Source: Terrimesophilobacter sp.
Lineage (GTDB): Bacteria > Actinomycetota > Actinomycetes > Actinomycetales > Microbacteriaceae
DNA length: 64,000 bases
Direction of reading: 5' to 3'
Assembly (NCBI GenBank): GCA_039927595.1
Contig: JBDSUT010000174.1
Coordinates: 217 to 64,216, forward strand
Part shown: positions 1-10,344 of the stretch, piece by piece
Position numbering within the stretch: the first letter of the stretch is position 1
How the letters are laid out: each line of letters starts with the position of its first letter
The notes under the pieces: model-generated
The model's database searches: none
Seen by the model: the letters and a program-made list of their open reading frames with translations, nothing else
What the model was told of the DNA's origin: nothing
Position numbers and translations under genes: made by a program

Positions 1-1656
1 GAGGCCGTCCAGCGAGGAGGTTGATTCGTCCAGCAGCAGGATGGGTGGGGCAGCCAGCAGTGCGCGCGCAATCGCGAGACGCTGGCGCTCGCCTCCAGAG
101 AGCATCACACCGGACTCCCCAACCTGAGCATCCAGTCCGCTCGGGTCGCGCTGCAACACCTCGGTCAGGTTCACCGATTCCAGCACCCGGATGCAGTCCG
201 CGTCGCTCGCGTTCGGGGCGCCGAGGGTCAGGTTGTCGCGAAGGTTGCCGGCGAGCACGGGGGCGTCCTGTTCGACGTAGCCGATGCGACTGCGCAGCTC
301 GGTGCGATCGAGGGAGCGGATGTCGACCCCATCCACCCGAATAACACCAGAACTGGGATCATAAAATCGTTCGATCAGCGCGAGGATTGTGCTCTTGCCC
401 GCGCCGGAGGGCCCAACGAGGGCGATTCGAGTGCCACGAGCCGCGCTGAAGCTGACGCCGTGCAGCACGGTGCGGTCGCGCACGTCGAGGGCGCCTTCTC
501 CGAGTTCGTGCACGAGTACCTTTTCGGCCTCGGTTTTGTGAGTTTTTTCTGGGTAGGAGAACCGCACCTCATCAAAGGAGATGGCAGCTGCAGAAGCGGG
601 GGCGGCGTCGGCGGCATCCTCAAGCACGGCGTCATCGTCGCCTTCGCTCGGCAGGCTGATGATCTCTTGAATGCGCCCGAGCGCTCCAAGCGCCTGGTTG
701 ACGCTCATGACGGCCCCGAACGCTTGTCCGAGCGGGGAGATCATCAGGAACAAGAACATCACAAACGCCACCAACGAGGCAATGGTGATGTCGCCGCTCG
801 CGACCCGAAACCCGCCAACACCGAGCACGGTGAGGAGCGAAACCTGCAGTGCGATACCGGCGATGGGCACCACGAGCGCTGAGACTTTAGCAACGCGCAC
901 CCCCATGTGCCAGGCGCCCTTGATCTCCACGTCGATGGCGTCATTCTCGCGGGCGGTCGCATTCGCGGCGCGCACGGTGCGGATGGCGCTGACCGAGCGC
1001 TCTACGGCCGCCGAGACATCCCCGACCTTTTCTTGTTGCTTCTGGGAGGCGACCCGGATGCGGCGAGACAGGAGAACGACCGCGACCACAGAGGCCACGA
1101 GCACGAGCATCGTGAGTCCGAGCAGCACGGGGTCGATGAGGAGCATGGCGATGAGAGCACCGACAAAGAGCAGTGCGCCGCCGACGGCATCCACGAGCCC
1201 TTGGGTCATGACGGCGTAGAGGAGAGTGGTGTCGCTGCCCACGCGAGAGACGAGATCGCCGGTGCGGCGCGAATCGAACTCGTGGATCGGCAGTCGAAGG
1301 ATGCGCGCAACGAGTTGGCGGCGTGCGGAATAGACGACGGAGGTTCCCATCCGCTGCAGCAGGTAGTGCTGTAATCCGCTGAGCAACGCCGCGGCAACGA
1401 CGAGCCCGACGAGCACCCACACGAGCACGCCGAGTGCCTGCCCTTTTTCAACAAGACCAATCACTTGGCTCACAAGAACCGGCTGAGCGAGAGAGGCTGC
1501 AGCGCCCAGAATGCTGAGGATGATGACCCACACGAGCGCGCTGCGGTGCTCGAGAATGTAGGGGAGCAACTCGCCGAATCTGGCCCTTGGCCCGTCCGTT
1601 GTGTCGCGGCTATTCCGACCGCGACGGCGATGGCTTTCCTGCGTTGATGTGCTCAT
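1..1656 (-). CDS. ABC transporter, fused permease/ATP-binding (ABCB/MdlB-like exporter), 3' end runs off the window
   Basis: Not in the ORF track because no stop falls in the window. My translation from ATG 1656 gives MSTSTQESHRRR..., a TM domain with RRTGDLVSRVGSD, Walker A GPSGAGKST, IGYVEQD, signature LSGGERQRLAIARAL and Walker B ILLLDESTSSLD, in frame to position 1. Confidence 0.9.
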   Translation of the reverse strand, partial: MSTSTQESHRRRGRNSRDTTDGPRARFGELLPYILEHRSALVWVIILSILGAAASLAQPVLVSQVIGLVEKGQALGVLVWVLVGLVVAAALLSGLQHYLLQRMGTSVVYSARRQLVARILRLPIHEFDSRRTGDLVSRVGSDTTLLYAVMTQGLVDAVGGALLFVGALIAMLLIDPVLLGLTMLVLVASVVAVVLLSRRIRVASQKQQEKVGDVSAAVERSVSAIRTVRAANATARENDAIDVEIKGAWHMGVRVAKVSALVVPIAGIALQVSLLTVLGVGGFRVASGDITIASLVAFVMFLFLMISPLGQAFGAVMSVNQALGALGRIQEIISLPSEGDDDAVLEDAADAAPASAAAISFDEVRFSYPEKTHKTEAEKVLVHELGEGALDVRDRTVLHGVSFSAARGTRIALVGPSGAGKSTILALIERFYDPSSGVIRVDGVDIRSLDRTELRSRIGYVEQDAPVLAGNLRDNLTLGAPNASDADCIRVLESVNLTEVLQRDPSGLDAQVGESGVMLSGGERQRLAIARALLAAPPILLLDESTSSLDGL

Positions 1657-1764
1657 CGGGTTCTTTCTCGCGCGCTGGGTCAGAGCACCTTCTGGCGAGC
1701 TACTTAGGTGAGAATCTTGCCGTCTCTGACGCCGTTAACCGTAGTTGACAGAGCCTGAGAGTGC

Positions 1765-2595
1765 CTACTTGCCACCCAAGGACTGAGTCGCCCCACCCAC
1801 AGCGCAGTGATCGACCGCAAACTCTTGACCCCACGAGGTCGACGGGTAGCCGAGCGTAGACGCGAGGGGGGCCACCGTGGCTGCGCAATTGGCGAAGGTA
1901 ACGCTGCCGGAACTTGGCCCACCAAATGCGGTCGTGCCTACAAACCCGGCAGGGATATTGGCGGTGAAGCCGTAGGGAAAGTCTGCCCAGCGCGCTAGCG
2001 GCGGGCTTGCGGAAGCGTCTCCTGCCAGCGCAACATACGTTGTGCCAGTGCCGGGCCCAGAAAGAAATGCATTCTGCCTGCAGTGTGGAACGTAGTCGCC
2101 TGCTTCGAATGGGGCGGCGAGCACCTGCAACTGCTGAACAACGCCAACGGAAGCAAGTTGTGCACCGTCTGTCGTCGGGATAGCCATGAACGGGAGGTCA
2201 GCCGGCCACGCGGTCGTTCCGACAAGGGTTGCCGAGTAGTCGACCTGCACGATTCCGTATCCACCGCCCGCGAGCACGGCAGCGTCGAGTTCACCCGAAC
2301 ACACGGTGGAGATAGTGTTGACACCCGTTGCGGCAGTGGGGTCGGATGCAGCTACCGGCGAGTGCACCATTGCTGAGAGGGTCATCTTGGCCCCGTTATT
2401 TGCCGTGGCTTCGCCGGTGACCTGGAGGAGAACACCCGCGGGAAGTTCCGCTGCATCAGGCGTCGGAGAATTGCTGCCAGTTGAGGTAGCTGCGGGAGAT
2501 GGTTCAACATATGGCGGCTCCTTCTCCCCACACGCCGTGAGAAGAAGTGCCGGCAGGATGACCGCGGCGATAATGCCTAGGCGCTGAATTTTCAT
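1765..2595 (-). CDS. Hypothetical lipoprotein
   Basis: 276 aa; signal peptide with lipobox LLLTA-C, then a Pro/Ser/Thr linker and several further Cys. Confidence 0.75.
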   Translation of the reverse strand: MKIQRLGIIAAVILPALLLTACGEKEPPYVEPSPAATSTGSNSPTPDAAELPAGVLLQVTGEATANNGAKMTLSAMVHSPVAASDPTAATGVNTISTVCSGELDAAVLAGGGYGIVQVDYSATLVGTTAWPADLPFMAIPTTDGAQLASVGVVQQLQVLAAPFEAGDYVPHCRQNAFLSGPGTGTTYVALAGDASASPPLARWADFPYGFTANIPAGFVGTTAFGGPSSGSVTFANCAATVAPLASTLGYPSTSWGQEFAVDHCAVGGATQSLGGK

Positions 2596-2718
2596 AATGC
2601 CCTTTCAACCCGGCGAAGTGGAGCGAGCCAATGGTATTCCTGTTGTCAACGACTCACTCAACATCCCACACCTTCTGAGGCTGCGCGAATGTGGGGGTAA
2701 CGGGTTATTCTTTCTTTC

Positions 2719-3675
2719 GTGCCAGCACCAGACGCCTCACACTCCTCCGCGCCAGACTCGGTTATTTCTGCGCGCAACCTCACGAAGAAGTACAAAGACT
2801 TTGTCGCTGTCGACGGCATCTCCTTCGATATCGCGCCGGGGGAGTCCTTCGGGTTTCTCGGGCCGAATGGCGCCGGAAAATCCACAACGATGCGGATGAT
2901 CGGTGCGGTCTCCGCTCGCACCAGTGGCGATCTCTCGGTGATCGGGCTCGACCCTGACCAGTATGGCCCCGAGATCCGCTCCCAGCTGGGAGTTGTTCCC
3001 CAGGAAGACAACCTCGATTCCGAGCTGCGCGTGCGTGAGAACCTCATCGTGTACGGCCGCTATTTCGGCCTTCCGCACAGCTACCTTGGCCCCAAAGCTG
3101 ATGAGCTTCTCGAGTTCGCTCAACTCACCGAGAAGGCTAAAGCGCGCGTCGATGACCTCTCCGGCGGCATGAAGCGCCGCCTCACGATCGCTCGCGCGCT
3201 CATCAACAACCCGCGCATCATGATGCTGGATGAGCCAACCACCTGGCTCGATCCGCAGGCGAGGCACATCCTATGGGATCGCCTCTTTCGCCTCAAAGAG
3301 CAGGGCACGACTCTGGTTCTGACAACCCACTACATGGATGAGGCAGAGCAATTGTGTGACCGTCTCGTGGTCATCGACAAGGGCACGATCATGGCGGAGG
3401 GCGCGCCCTCGGCGCTCATCAAGCAGTACTCGACGCGCGAGGTGCTGGAGCTGCGCTTTGGCTCTGACCGCAACGCGGATGCCGCACTCAAGCTCGAAGG
3501 CGTTGCGGATCGCATCGAGGTGCTGCCGGATCGGGTGCTCGTCTACAGCGACAACGGCGATGCGGCGCTGCAGAGGGCGCACGACCTTGGCCTCAAGCCG
3601 ATCACATCCCTCGTGCGTCGTTCGAGCTTGGAGGATGTCTTCCTGCGGCTCACGGGAAGGTCGCTCATCGAATGA
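2719..3675 (+). CDS. ABC transporter ATP-binding subunit (NodI/DrrA-like)
   Basis: GPNGAGKST, LSGGMKRRL, LDEPTT(W)LDP, LTTHYMDEAE. Confidence 0.92.
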   Translation: MPAPDASHSSAPDSVISARNLTKKYKDFVAVDGISFDIAPGESFGFLGPNGAGKSTTMRMIGAVSARTSGDLSVIGLDPDQYGPEIRSQLGVVPQEDNLDSELRVRENLIVYGRYFGLPHSYLGPKADELLEFAQLTEKAKARVDDLSGGMKRRLTIARALINNPRIMMLDEPTTWLDPQARHILWDRLFRLKEQGTTLVLTTHYMDEAEQLCDRLVVIDKGTIMAEGAPSALIKQYSTREVLELRFGSDRNADAALKLEGVADRIEVLPDRVLVYSDNGDAALQRAHDLGLKPITSLVRRSSLEDVFLRLTGRSLIE

Positions 3676-4529
3676 CCTCGACCTCGCTACCGGAGATGCT
3701 TGAAGACGGCCCAACCCAGAAGGCCTTGAAGGGTGGGGTGAAGCCACGCCGCTACGGAAGTTGGTACGTCGCGGAGGCGCGACTGCGCACGATGCGCAGC
3801 TACCTGCAGACCATGCTTGCGACCGGAATCGGCACCCCGGTGATCTACCTCTACGCGCTGGGGGTTGGGCTTGCGACACTCGTCGACTCCAACATGGGAA
3901 GTGGCGCCAATGGCGGAGTGACCTATCTCGTGTTTGTCGCTCCTGCACTTCTGTGCAGCGCTGCACTCACCATCGCAACGGAAGAATTCAGCTATCCCAT
4001 CATGCTCGGTTTCAAGTGGAATCCGACGTTCTTCGCCATGAACGCTGCCCCGATGACCGGCGGCCAGATCATCAACGGTGTGACGATCTCGGTCATCGTT
4101 CGCTTGGTGGCGCAGAGCACCGTGTACTTCGTCTTTATGCTCGTGTTTGGGGCAGTTCCCGGGCCGTGGGGTTGGCTCATGATTCCGGTTGCCCTGCTCA
4201 CGGGCATGGCTCTCGGTGCCATGCTCATGGCTTACGCCACCCACTTGAAAGAAGACAAAGGCCAGTTCAACTACATCATGCGCTTCGGCGTGATTCCGCT
4301 GACTCTCTTTTCCGGAACATTCTTTCCGCTGTCCGTACTGCCTGACTGGCTGCATTGGATCGGGTGGATCTCGCCGCTGTGGCACGGCGTTGAATTGTCT
4401 CGAGTGCTCTCCTACGGCTATGAGGAGCCCGTGTGGCTTTCTTTCGTGCATGTCACCTATCTCGTGCTGCTCACCGTCGTCGGATGGGTCCTAGCCAGAC
4501 GCCTCGCCGTCACGAGGTTGAACAGATGA
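3672..4529 (+). CDS. ABC-2 type transporter permease
   Basis: Multi-TM protein with LFSGTFFP and SPLWHGVEL; ATGA overlap with the ATPase gene. Confidence 0.9.
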   Translation: MTSTSLPEMLEDGPTQKALKGGVKPRRYGSWYVAEARLRTMRSYLQTMLATGIGTPVIYLYALGVGLATLVDSNMGSGANGGVTYLVFVAPALLCSAALTIATEEFSYPIMLGFKWNPTFFAMNAAPMTGGQIINGVTISVIVRLVAQSTVYFVFMLVFGAVPGPWGWLMIPVALLTGMALGAMLMAYATHLKEDKGQFNYIMRFGVIPLTLFSGTFFPLSVLPDWLHWIGWISPLWHGVELSRVLSYGYEEPVWLSFVHVTYLVLLTVVGWVLARRLAVTRLNR

Positions 4530-5359
4530 CCACCACAACCAGAACTGCGATCACTCCGACGGTGAAGCGGCCGATGCTCTTGCCGTCCCTCTACGCGGGC
4601 AACGCGCGCTCTGTTATGGAACGTGGAATACTCGCCACGGCGAAAACAAATTGGCTCATTGTGGTCTCCGGGTTCTTCGAGCCCGTGTTCTACCTGCTCG
4701 CGATGGGCATCGGATTGGGCAGCTATATTGGCGACATCCATGGCCCAGGCGGTCAGACCATTCCCTACGCCGCGTATATCGCCCCTGCGTTGCTTGCGGT
4801 GGCGGCAATGAACGGTGCAGTGTTCGATTCCACCTGGAACGTGTTCTTCAAAATGAACTTCGGCAAGATTTATGACGGAATGTTGGCGACATCACTTGGC
4901 CCCTTCGACGTGGCTCTCGGTGAGATTATGCTCGCGCTCGCCCGTGGCTTCGTCTATGCGTGCGGTTTCATGGCCGTCATGCAGGTGCTGGGGCTGAACT
5001 TGGCGTGGACCGCGATTCTCGCGTTGCCCTCGGTTCTTCTCATCGCGTTTGCTTTCGCCAGTTTCGGCATGGGCATCACGAGCTACATGAAAACGTTCCA
5101 GCAAATGGACTGGATTAACTTCATCATGCTGCCCATGTTCCTGCTGTCAGCCACGTTTTACCCGATCACCATCTATCCGGTGGCGCTTCAATGGTTGATC
5201 CAAGCGATGCCGCTCTGGCACGGTGTCGAGTTGGTTCGTGGATTCACCACCGGGGTCATCGACTCAGCAACCCCGTGGCACATCCTCTACTTCGCCGTCA
5301 TGATCCTCATCGGGATGACTTTGACTACGCGCCGGCTCAAGAAACTCTTCCTGAGCTAG
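4526..5359 (+). CDS. ABC-2 type transporter permease (second subunit)
   Basis: Start placed at the ATGA overlap at 4526; MFLLSATFYP and PLWHGVEL motifs. Confidence 0.9.
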   Translation: MTTTTRTAITPTVKRPMLLPSLYAGNARSVMERGILATAKTNWLIVVSGFFEPVFYLLAMGIGLGSYIGDIHGPGGQTIPYAAYIAPALLAVAAMNGAVFDSTWNVFFKMNFGKIYDGMLATSLGPFDVALGEIMLALARGFVYACGFMAVMQVLGLNLAWTAILALPSVLLIAFAFASFGMGITSYMKTFQQMDWINFIMLPMFLLSATFYPITIYPVALQWLIQAMPLWHGVELVRGFTTGVIDSATPWHILYFAVMILIGMTLTTRRLKKLFLS

Positions 5360-5373
5360 ATCGCGGCGCGAGC

Positions 5374-5736
5374 TTAGCGCCAGAGCACCGCGATCACGAT
5401 GTTTGCCACGGTCAAGGCGCCGATCGCCCAGATCACCCACGAGGCAACGGTCGCCTTCTTGCGGTACATCAACACGAGCACGGTGATGATGATGACGACG
5501 ACGAGCTTCGTGATGATCTTCGGGTAGTTGACGGTTCCGTCACTCATCTCGATGAACCCGACGAGCAGCAGCCCGGTGACGAGCTGCAGCAGCGCGCCAT
5601 GGAACATCCCGGTGACGATGCGGCCCTTACCTGCGATGTTGTCTTTGACCTGCACGAGCACGCCACCGAGGAGGGCGGCGAGGCCGATGAAGTGAAGAAT
5701 GAGCACGATGCCGAAAACGATGGGTGGGATAGTCAT
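5374..5736 (-). CDS. Small integral membrane protein (about 4 TM)
   Basis: About 120 aa, hydrophobic helices, LHFIGLA and GALLQLVTGLLLVG segments. Confidence 0.75.
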   Translation of the reverse strand: MTIPPIVFGIVLILHFIGLAALLGGVLVQVKDNIAGKGRIVTGMFHGALLQLVTGLLLVGFIEMSDGTVNYPKIITKLVVVIIITVLVLMYRKKATVASWVIWAIGALTVANIVIAVLWR

Positions 5737-5912
5737 GTGCACATCATTCCAGACGCCTGAGCTGTGAGCGAATCGTTCCGATTCCCTTGGGGAGCGCGCA
5801 GTGTCGAATTAGACCGGGAAGCCGTTGAAAAACACCACGTAAACCCACAGCCCGAACATCGCAGCGGATGCCAAAGTCACGACGGTCAGCAGGATGCGGG
5901 GAAAATTGAAGC

Positions 5913-8204
5913 TCACATTTCCACCTTACCGTGTCCGTTAGTACGAATCTCCGTGAGGTAGGTCTGGTAGCCGGCAACATCGAGAGTGCTCGCGACGGAG
6001 TGAATGCGATCAGGCTCCGCGATGGCAATCATGGCACCGCCACCACCGCCACCCGTGAGCTTGGCGCCGAGCGCTCCCGATCGCCGCGCAAGATCGACGA
6101 GTGATTCAAGTTCGGGGCTCGACACTTGAAGCGCGTTGAGCAATCCGTGGTTGAGATTCATGACCTCCCCCAGTGCGGGGAGGTCCCCCCGAGAGAGAGC
6201 GCCCATCCCCGACATCACGAGGTCGTCGATCTCAGAGAAGATGGCCTCATAGTGCTGCGGGTTCTTCTGCCATCCTGCATGCACCCGACTGACCGTATCG
6301 GCGGTGAGGGAACGCACACCGGTGAGGCCCACGACAACCGGGATCGCGACGGGGGAGTGAATGTCCTGAATTTCGTTACCCGAATCCGTTTTTCGAAACA
6401 AAATCATCTTGCCAAAGGTGGCGACCGTATTGTCGATACCAGACGGTGTTCCGTGCACGAGTTGCTCGCACTCGAAGGCGAGTTGGGAGACTTCTTCTTC
6501 TGAGACGTTGAGGCCAAAGCGATGGATGATCGCACGGATGACTGCCACCGCGAGCGCCGCTGAGGCGCCAAGCCCGCTCGCCCGCGGAAGCTCGGGCACC
6601 ACATCGACGTGAACCGGGGTGTCGGCGACACCCAGTCGCTCGGCGATGAGTGCGGCGACGCGTTCGGCCAGTTGCGCGCCGGCCGGATTGTGAGCGGCCG
6701 GGTCGGAATCCCATCCGGAAATCTGAAGCTCACTCGTGGGGGTGAAGCCGGTGACTTCGGCGCGAATGGTAAGACTGAGGGGTGCTGCGATGGCGTGACG
6801 GCCGTAGACCACCGAATGCTCACCCAAAAGGATGATCTTGCCGTAGCCGACGTTCGCCTTGGGGTCCAGCTTTGCTGGGCGCAGTGGCGTGATATCGATG
6901 GTGCCGGTCGGCGATGCGCCGCCTCTCAGTGCTTCAATAATCTTCTGAGCCTTCCATACTTTGATATCTCCGCTGGCCACAAGCCAATCGACGACGTCAT
7001 CGAATTCTTCCTCACTTGCACCGGCGGCAACAGCAACACTTCGCGCATGCAGTCTCATGTGACCCGGCTGAATGCCCTCCGTCGAGAGTGCTTTCAGCGC
7101 GGCCATGTTTTGCGCAAGCCCGACCGCTGCCATGACTTCGGCGAGTTCGCGCGCGGAGCGTGTGCCGAGGATGTCGTACGCGATTCCCACGACCGGGTTC
7201 GATTGAACTTGGCCACCGACGGTCCCCACTTTCAGGGGGAGCGTGATTTCACCGACGAGATTACCCTCGTTATCCGTGTGCCAACGAGTGAGGGGCTGGT
7301 AGGAGCCGGTCGTTGCGGCGTAGGCGTGGGCGGCGGCCTCGATGGCCCGCCAGTCGTTGCCGGTGGCGATAGCCACGGCATCGATGCCGTTCATCACACC
7401 CTTGTTGTGAGTGGTGGCACGGTAAATGTCTAGCTCGGCAAACTCGCCCGCGAGCACGATCCCATCGCGCACCTGTTCGCCGGAGAAGTGTTCGGTGCCC
7501 AGAAGCTCGGGGGGAATTACCGCACGGGATCGCACCATCGCTCGGTCAGCAAGGTTCGAGAGGATGCGCAGGAAGACGCGCCCGCCGCTGAGCTCTTCAA
7601 CCAGCGGGGCGACCGCCTCGCACATGGTGTTGACCAGGTTCGCACCCATCGCGTCTTTCGTGTCGACGATGAGGTGCACGACAACGAGCTCTCCGTGCGT
7701 CGCGGTCGTTCCACGCCGATATACTTCCAGGTCGACGGCGCCTCCACCTCGAGCAACCATGTTGGGGTGCTCACTGTTGGCGAGGTTCAGGATGCTCTGT
7801 TTCGCGTTGACGATGCGGCGGGAGGCGGCATCCGGGTCTGGCACATCCAGCACCTGCACTTGTCCGATGAGGAGTGGTTCGTCGGCGACGCTCGTGAATC
7901 CACCGCACTTGCGCACAATCAGCGCGGCGGAACTCACCGCCGCAATGATGGAGGGTTCCTCGACGACCATCGGCACGAGGTGATCGCGGCCGTTGATGGT
8001 GAAGTTGAGGCCGAGGCCCATCGGCATGGAGAAGACGCCGACCACGTTTTCGGTGAGGCGATCCGCTTTCATTCCGGTGAGGATGTAGGAGCCTGTGCTG
8101 AGGGAGTCGTAATTTTCGCCGCTGAGTACGCCACGTTCGCGCAGCTCTCGCAATCGCTCCTCGACGCTCAGTTGGTAGAAACGGGGAATGCGTGAGTCGG
8201 TCAT
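5913..8204 (-). CDS. Fused class II HMG-CoA reductase / mevalonate kinase
   Basis: N-terminal about 430 aa: ENVVG, EEPSIIAA, DTKDAMGAN, THNKGVMNG, GNDWRAIEA, GIQPGHMRLH (class II HMGR). C-terminal about 310 aa: GKIILLGEHSVVYG, PRASGLGASAA, HGTPSGIDN, GAKLTGGGGGG (GHMP mevalonate kinase). Single uninterrupted 763 aa frame. Confidence 0.92.
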   Translation of the reverse strand: MTDSRIPRFYQLSVEERLRELRERGVLSGENYDSLSTGSYILTGMKADRLTENVVGVFSMPMGLGLNFTINGRDHLVPMVVEEPSIIAAVSSAALIVRKCGGFTSVADEPLLIGQVQVLDVPDPDAASRRIVNAKQSILNLANSEHPNMVARGGGAVDLEVYRRGTTATHGELVVVHLIVDTKDAMGANLVNTMCEAVAPLVEELSGGRVFLRILSNLADRAMVRSRAVIPPELLGTEHFSGEQVRDGIVLAGEFAELDIYRATTHNKGVMNGIDAVAIATGNDWRAIEAAAHAYAATTGSYQPLTRWHTDNEGNLVGEITLPLKVGTVGGQVQSNPVVGIAYDILGTRSARELAEVMAAVGLAQNMAALKALSTEGIQPGHMRLHARSVAVAAGASEEEFDDVVDWLVASGDIKVWKAQKIIEALRGGASPTGTIDITPLRPAKLDPKANVGYGKIILLGEHSVVYGRHAIAAPLSLTIRAEVTGFTPTSELQISGWDSDPAAHNPAGAQLAERVAALIAERLGVADTPVHVDVVPELPRASGLGASAALAVAVIRAIIHRFGLNVSEEEVSQLAFECEQLVHGTPSGIDNTVATFGKMILFRKTDSGNEIQDIHSPVAIPVVVGLTGVRSLTADTVSRVHAGWQKNPQHYEAIFSEIDDLVMSGMGALSRGDLPALGEVMNLNHGLLNALQVSSPELESLVDLARRSGALGAKLTGGGGGGAMIAIAEPDRIHSVASTLDVAGYQTYLTEIRTNGHGKVEM

Positions 8205-9214
8205 GCGGTCACCGCTTGTACCCCGTGAGAGCTAAACGGTACGGGTATCACGGTGGCTCCGGCTTCGCTGTAGACGGACTGGAGATGGCCCGCTGAGTCA
8301 AGCTTGGCAAAGACCAGCCCCACGTCGCCACCTCCCGCGCCACTGGTTTTGAAAACCGCACCGGATGCGGCGGCAATGTCGCGCAGTTCACGGTGGCGGT
8401 CTGTGACGATTCCGGCCTGGGCGTGTGAATCAAGAACCTCCACCCCGAGAAAGTAAGCGTTGGCGAGCGCAAGAAAATCGTCAGCGTTAGTCAGCGCCGT
8501 TTCTGCCTGCTCTGCTAGCGAACGGAGGTGGTGAATATCCCGGTCATGTGCGGCTGGATTTTGGTCGGCATACTCCGCTACCCGCGACACGAGGTCAACA
8601 GTGCTGCTGCCGGTGCCCGTTGTCACGGCAAAAAGTTCAAGGTTTTCTGGCCAACTCACGGTGAGTGGTTCGGAGCCCTTGCGAAAAAGGATGTGCCCGC
8701 CGTAGACGCTAGCGGCGATATCGCCACCGCTACCTTTGCCCCCCTGGGCGGCGGAATGGGCGCGCGCTGCGACAGTAAAGATCTCGGAGCGAGTGAGCTC
8801 ACATCCACGACTTGTGGCAAGTGCGGCGGTGAGGGCTACAGCTACGGCGGCGCTGGAACCGAGCCCGAGCTTGTGTCCGTTCTGCAGAAACGCTGCGCTT
8901 TCGATGGTGATGGCGTAGGAATCCTTTGCGGGGGCGAGCGCATCCACGGCGGTGCGTACTTCATCGAACAGCCGCAGCTCATGCGCCGATGCGTCAGAGA
9001 GGTCAGCCGGCAACAGTGCGTCAGGGCCGAGCTCGAGTTGGTTGAGCCGCAATTCTGGCGCGGTGAGGCTCCAGCCCGCCTTCGTCTGCGATTCGCAGAG
9101 CGTCACCGTGACGCGTCGGTCCACCGAGCGGAGGAGCGCCGGCGCGCCATCGAGCACCGCGTACTCGCCGAGCAGGTAAAGCTTGCCCGGCGCAGAGAAC
9201 GAGAGGGCGCTCAC
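8201..9214 (-). CDS. Phosphomevalonate kinase (GHMP family)
   Basis: SAPGKLYLLGEYAVL, KLGLGSSAA, QGGKGSGGDIAASVYGG, KTSGAGGGD. GTG start at 9214 overlaps the mvaD stop (GTGA); the longer ORF-track start lies inside mvaD. Confidence 0.85.
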   Translation of the reverse strand: MSALSFSAPGKLYLLGEYAVLDGAPALLRSVDRRVTVTLCESQTKAGWSLTAPELRLNQLELGPDALLPADLSDASAHELRLFDEVRTAVDALAPAKDSYAITIESAAFLQNGHKLGLGSSAAVAVALTAALATSRGCELTRSEIFTVAARAHSAAQGGKGSGGDIAASVYGGHILFRKGSEPLTVSWPENLELFAVTTGTGSSTVDLVSRVAEYADQNPAAHDRDIHHLRSLAEQAETALTNADDFLALANAYFLGVEVLDSHAQAGIVTDRHRELRDIAAASGAVFKTSGAGGGDVGLVFAKLDSAGHLQSVYSEAGATVIPVPFSSHGVQAVTA

Positions 9215-10263
9215 GGTGCCGTCATGACGTGTGCGGCCGGACAGAGGCCCGTGATGCGTGCTTCGTGCACGCCAGACACTTCGGAGAGAGCTTGTGCCAC
9301 GGCCGAGGCCTCCTCGGGGCGACAGAGTGCTTTCACTTGTGGCCCAGCGTCGATGGTGAAGTAGACGGGTATACCGCCAGCCCTCAGCTCTCGTACCGCG
9401 TGGATGGCCGCCATGGTTGCCGCGTTCCAGTAGATGAGCGCGGGCCTTGTGGTGAACATGAGCGAGTGCAGGGCGAGGCAGCTGTGCTCGGTGAGTTCGC
9501 CCACCTGCTCGAGGTCGTTCGCGAGAATCGCGGCGCGCATCTGCGCCAGAAGAGCTTCTGACGAGTCGACCCACGCGGTATAGAAGGGGGATGTTGCGCT
9601 GGTTGCTGACATGCCTTCCGTGGACGAGACCAACTTCTGGCTGGTATCGGTGATAGCCACGACGACGCTCAGTGGCCAGTCGGCGGCATCCATGAGCTGC
9701 TCCGCGAAAGAATCACTGCCGTCAGTCGCGGTTCCCGCGTGAAGTTCCGCGTAACCTCCGAAGAGGGAGCGCGCGGCGGAGGCCGACCCGCGTCGAGCAA
9801 GAATCGACAGTTCCCGCGGTGTTACAGTCACCCCGGATGCGGCGCAGGCCGCGACAGCGAGCGCGGCAAAACCGGAGGCGGATGACGCGAGCCCCGCCCC
9901 GGTGGGAAAGTTGTTCGCAGAACGAATGACGGCGTGCCGTTCGGTGCCCACCACGTCGCGCACGAGATTGAGCACGATTCTGGTTCGCTTCATTCCCGCG
10001 TTGTCGGGACCCTGCAGGGCGCCGTTGAGCCACAACTCGTCGTGCTCGAGGTCATCGTGAAACGACACGGTGGTGTCGGTGTGCAAGCCATCGAGGGTGA
10101 TAGAGATTGATCCGACGGCGGGAATGTTGAGTGCAGCATCCCGCTTTCCCCAGTACTTGGCGAGAGCAATGTTGCTGTGGGCTCGCGCCGTTGCGGTCAG
10201 GTCGCCGTGAGAGGGGTGCTCCACGTCCATTGTGTGCTCCACTCTGCTTTTGGTGTATTCCAC
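9211..10263 (-). CDS. mvaD: Diphosphomevalonate decarboxylase
   Basis: AHSNIALAKYWGKRD, NNFPTGAGLASSASGFAAL, RRGSASAARS, YFTIDAGPQVK. Start may instead be ATG at about 10230. Confidence 0.93.
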   Translation of the reverse strand: MEYTKSRVEHTMDVEHPSHGDLTATARAHSNIALAKYWGKRDAALNIPAVGSISITLDGLHTDTTVSFHDDLEHDELWLNGALQGPDNAGMKRTRIVLNLVRDVVGTERHAVIRSANNFPTGAGLASSASGFAALAVAACAASGVTVTPRELSILARRGSASAARSLFGGYAELHAGTATDGSDSFAEQLMDAADWPLSVVVAITDTSQKLVSSTEGMSATSATSPFYTAWVDSSEALLAQMRAAILANDLEQVGELTEHSCLALHSLMFTTRPALIYWNAATMAAIHAVRELRAGGIPVYFTIDAGPQVKALCRPEEASAVAQALSEVSGVHEARITGLCPAAHVMTAP

Positions 10264-10344
10264 CGTGGCGATCCCTTGCGTTCCCGGAATATTTTACCGG
10301 TCCCAGCGATTGATAAAGTCAGTAACAGATTTGGCGCCACGAGA

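Noticed and set aside
9215-9574. N-terminal extension of phosphomevalonate kinase in the ORF track (likewise for HMGS, crtE, crtB, crtYf, manC)
   Set aside because: The extensions overlap neighbouring genes in another frame; stop/start overlaps or -10 boxes give better starts.
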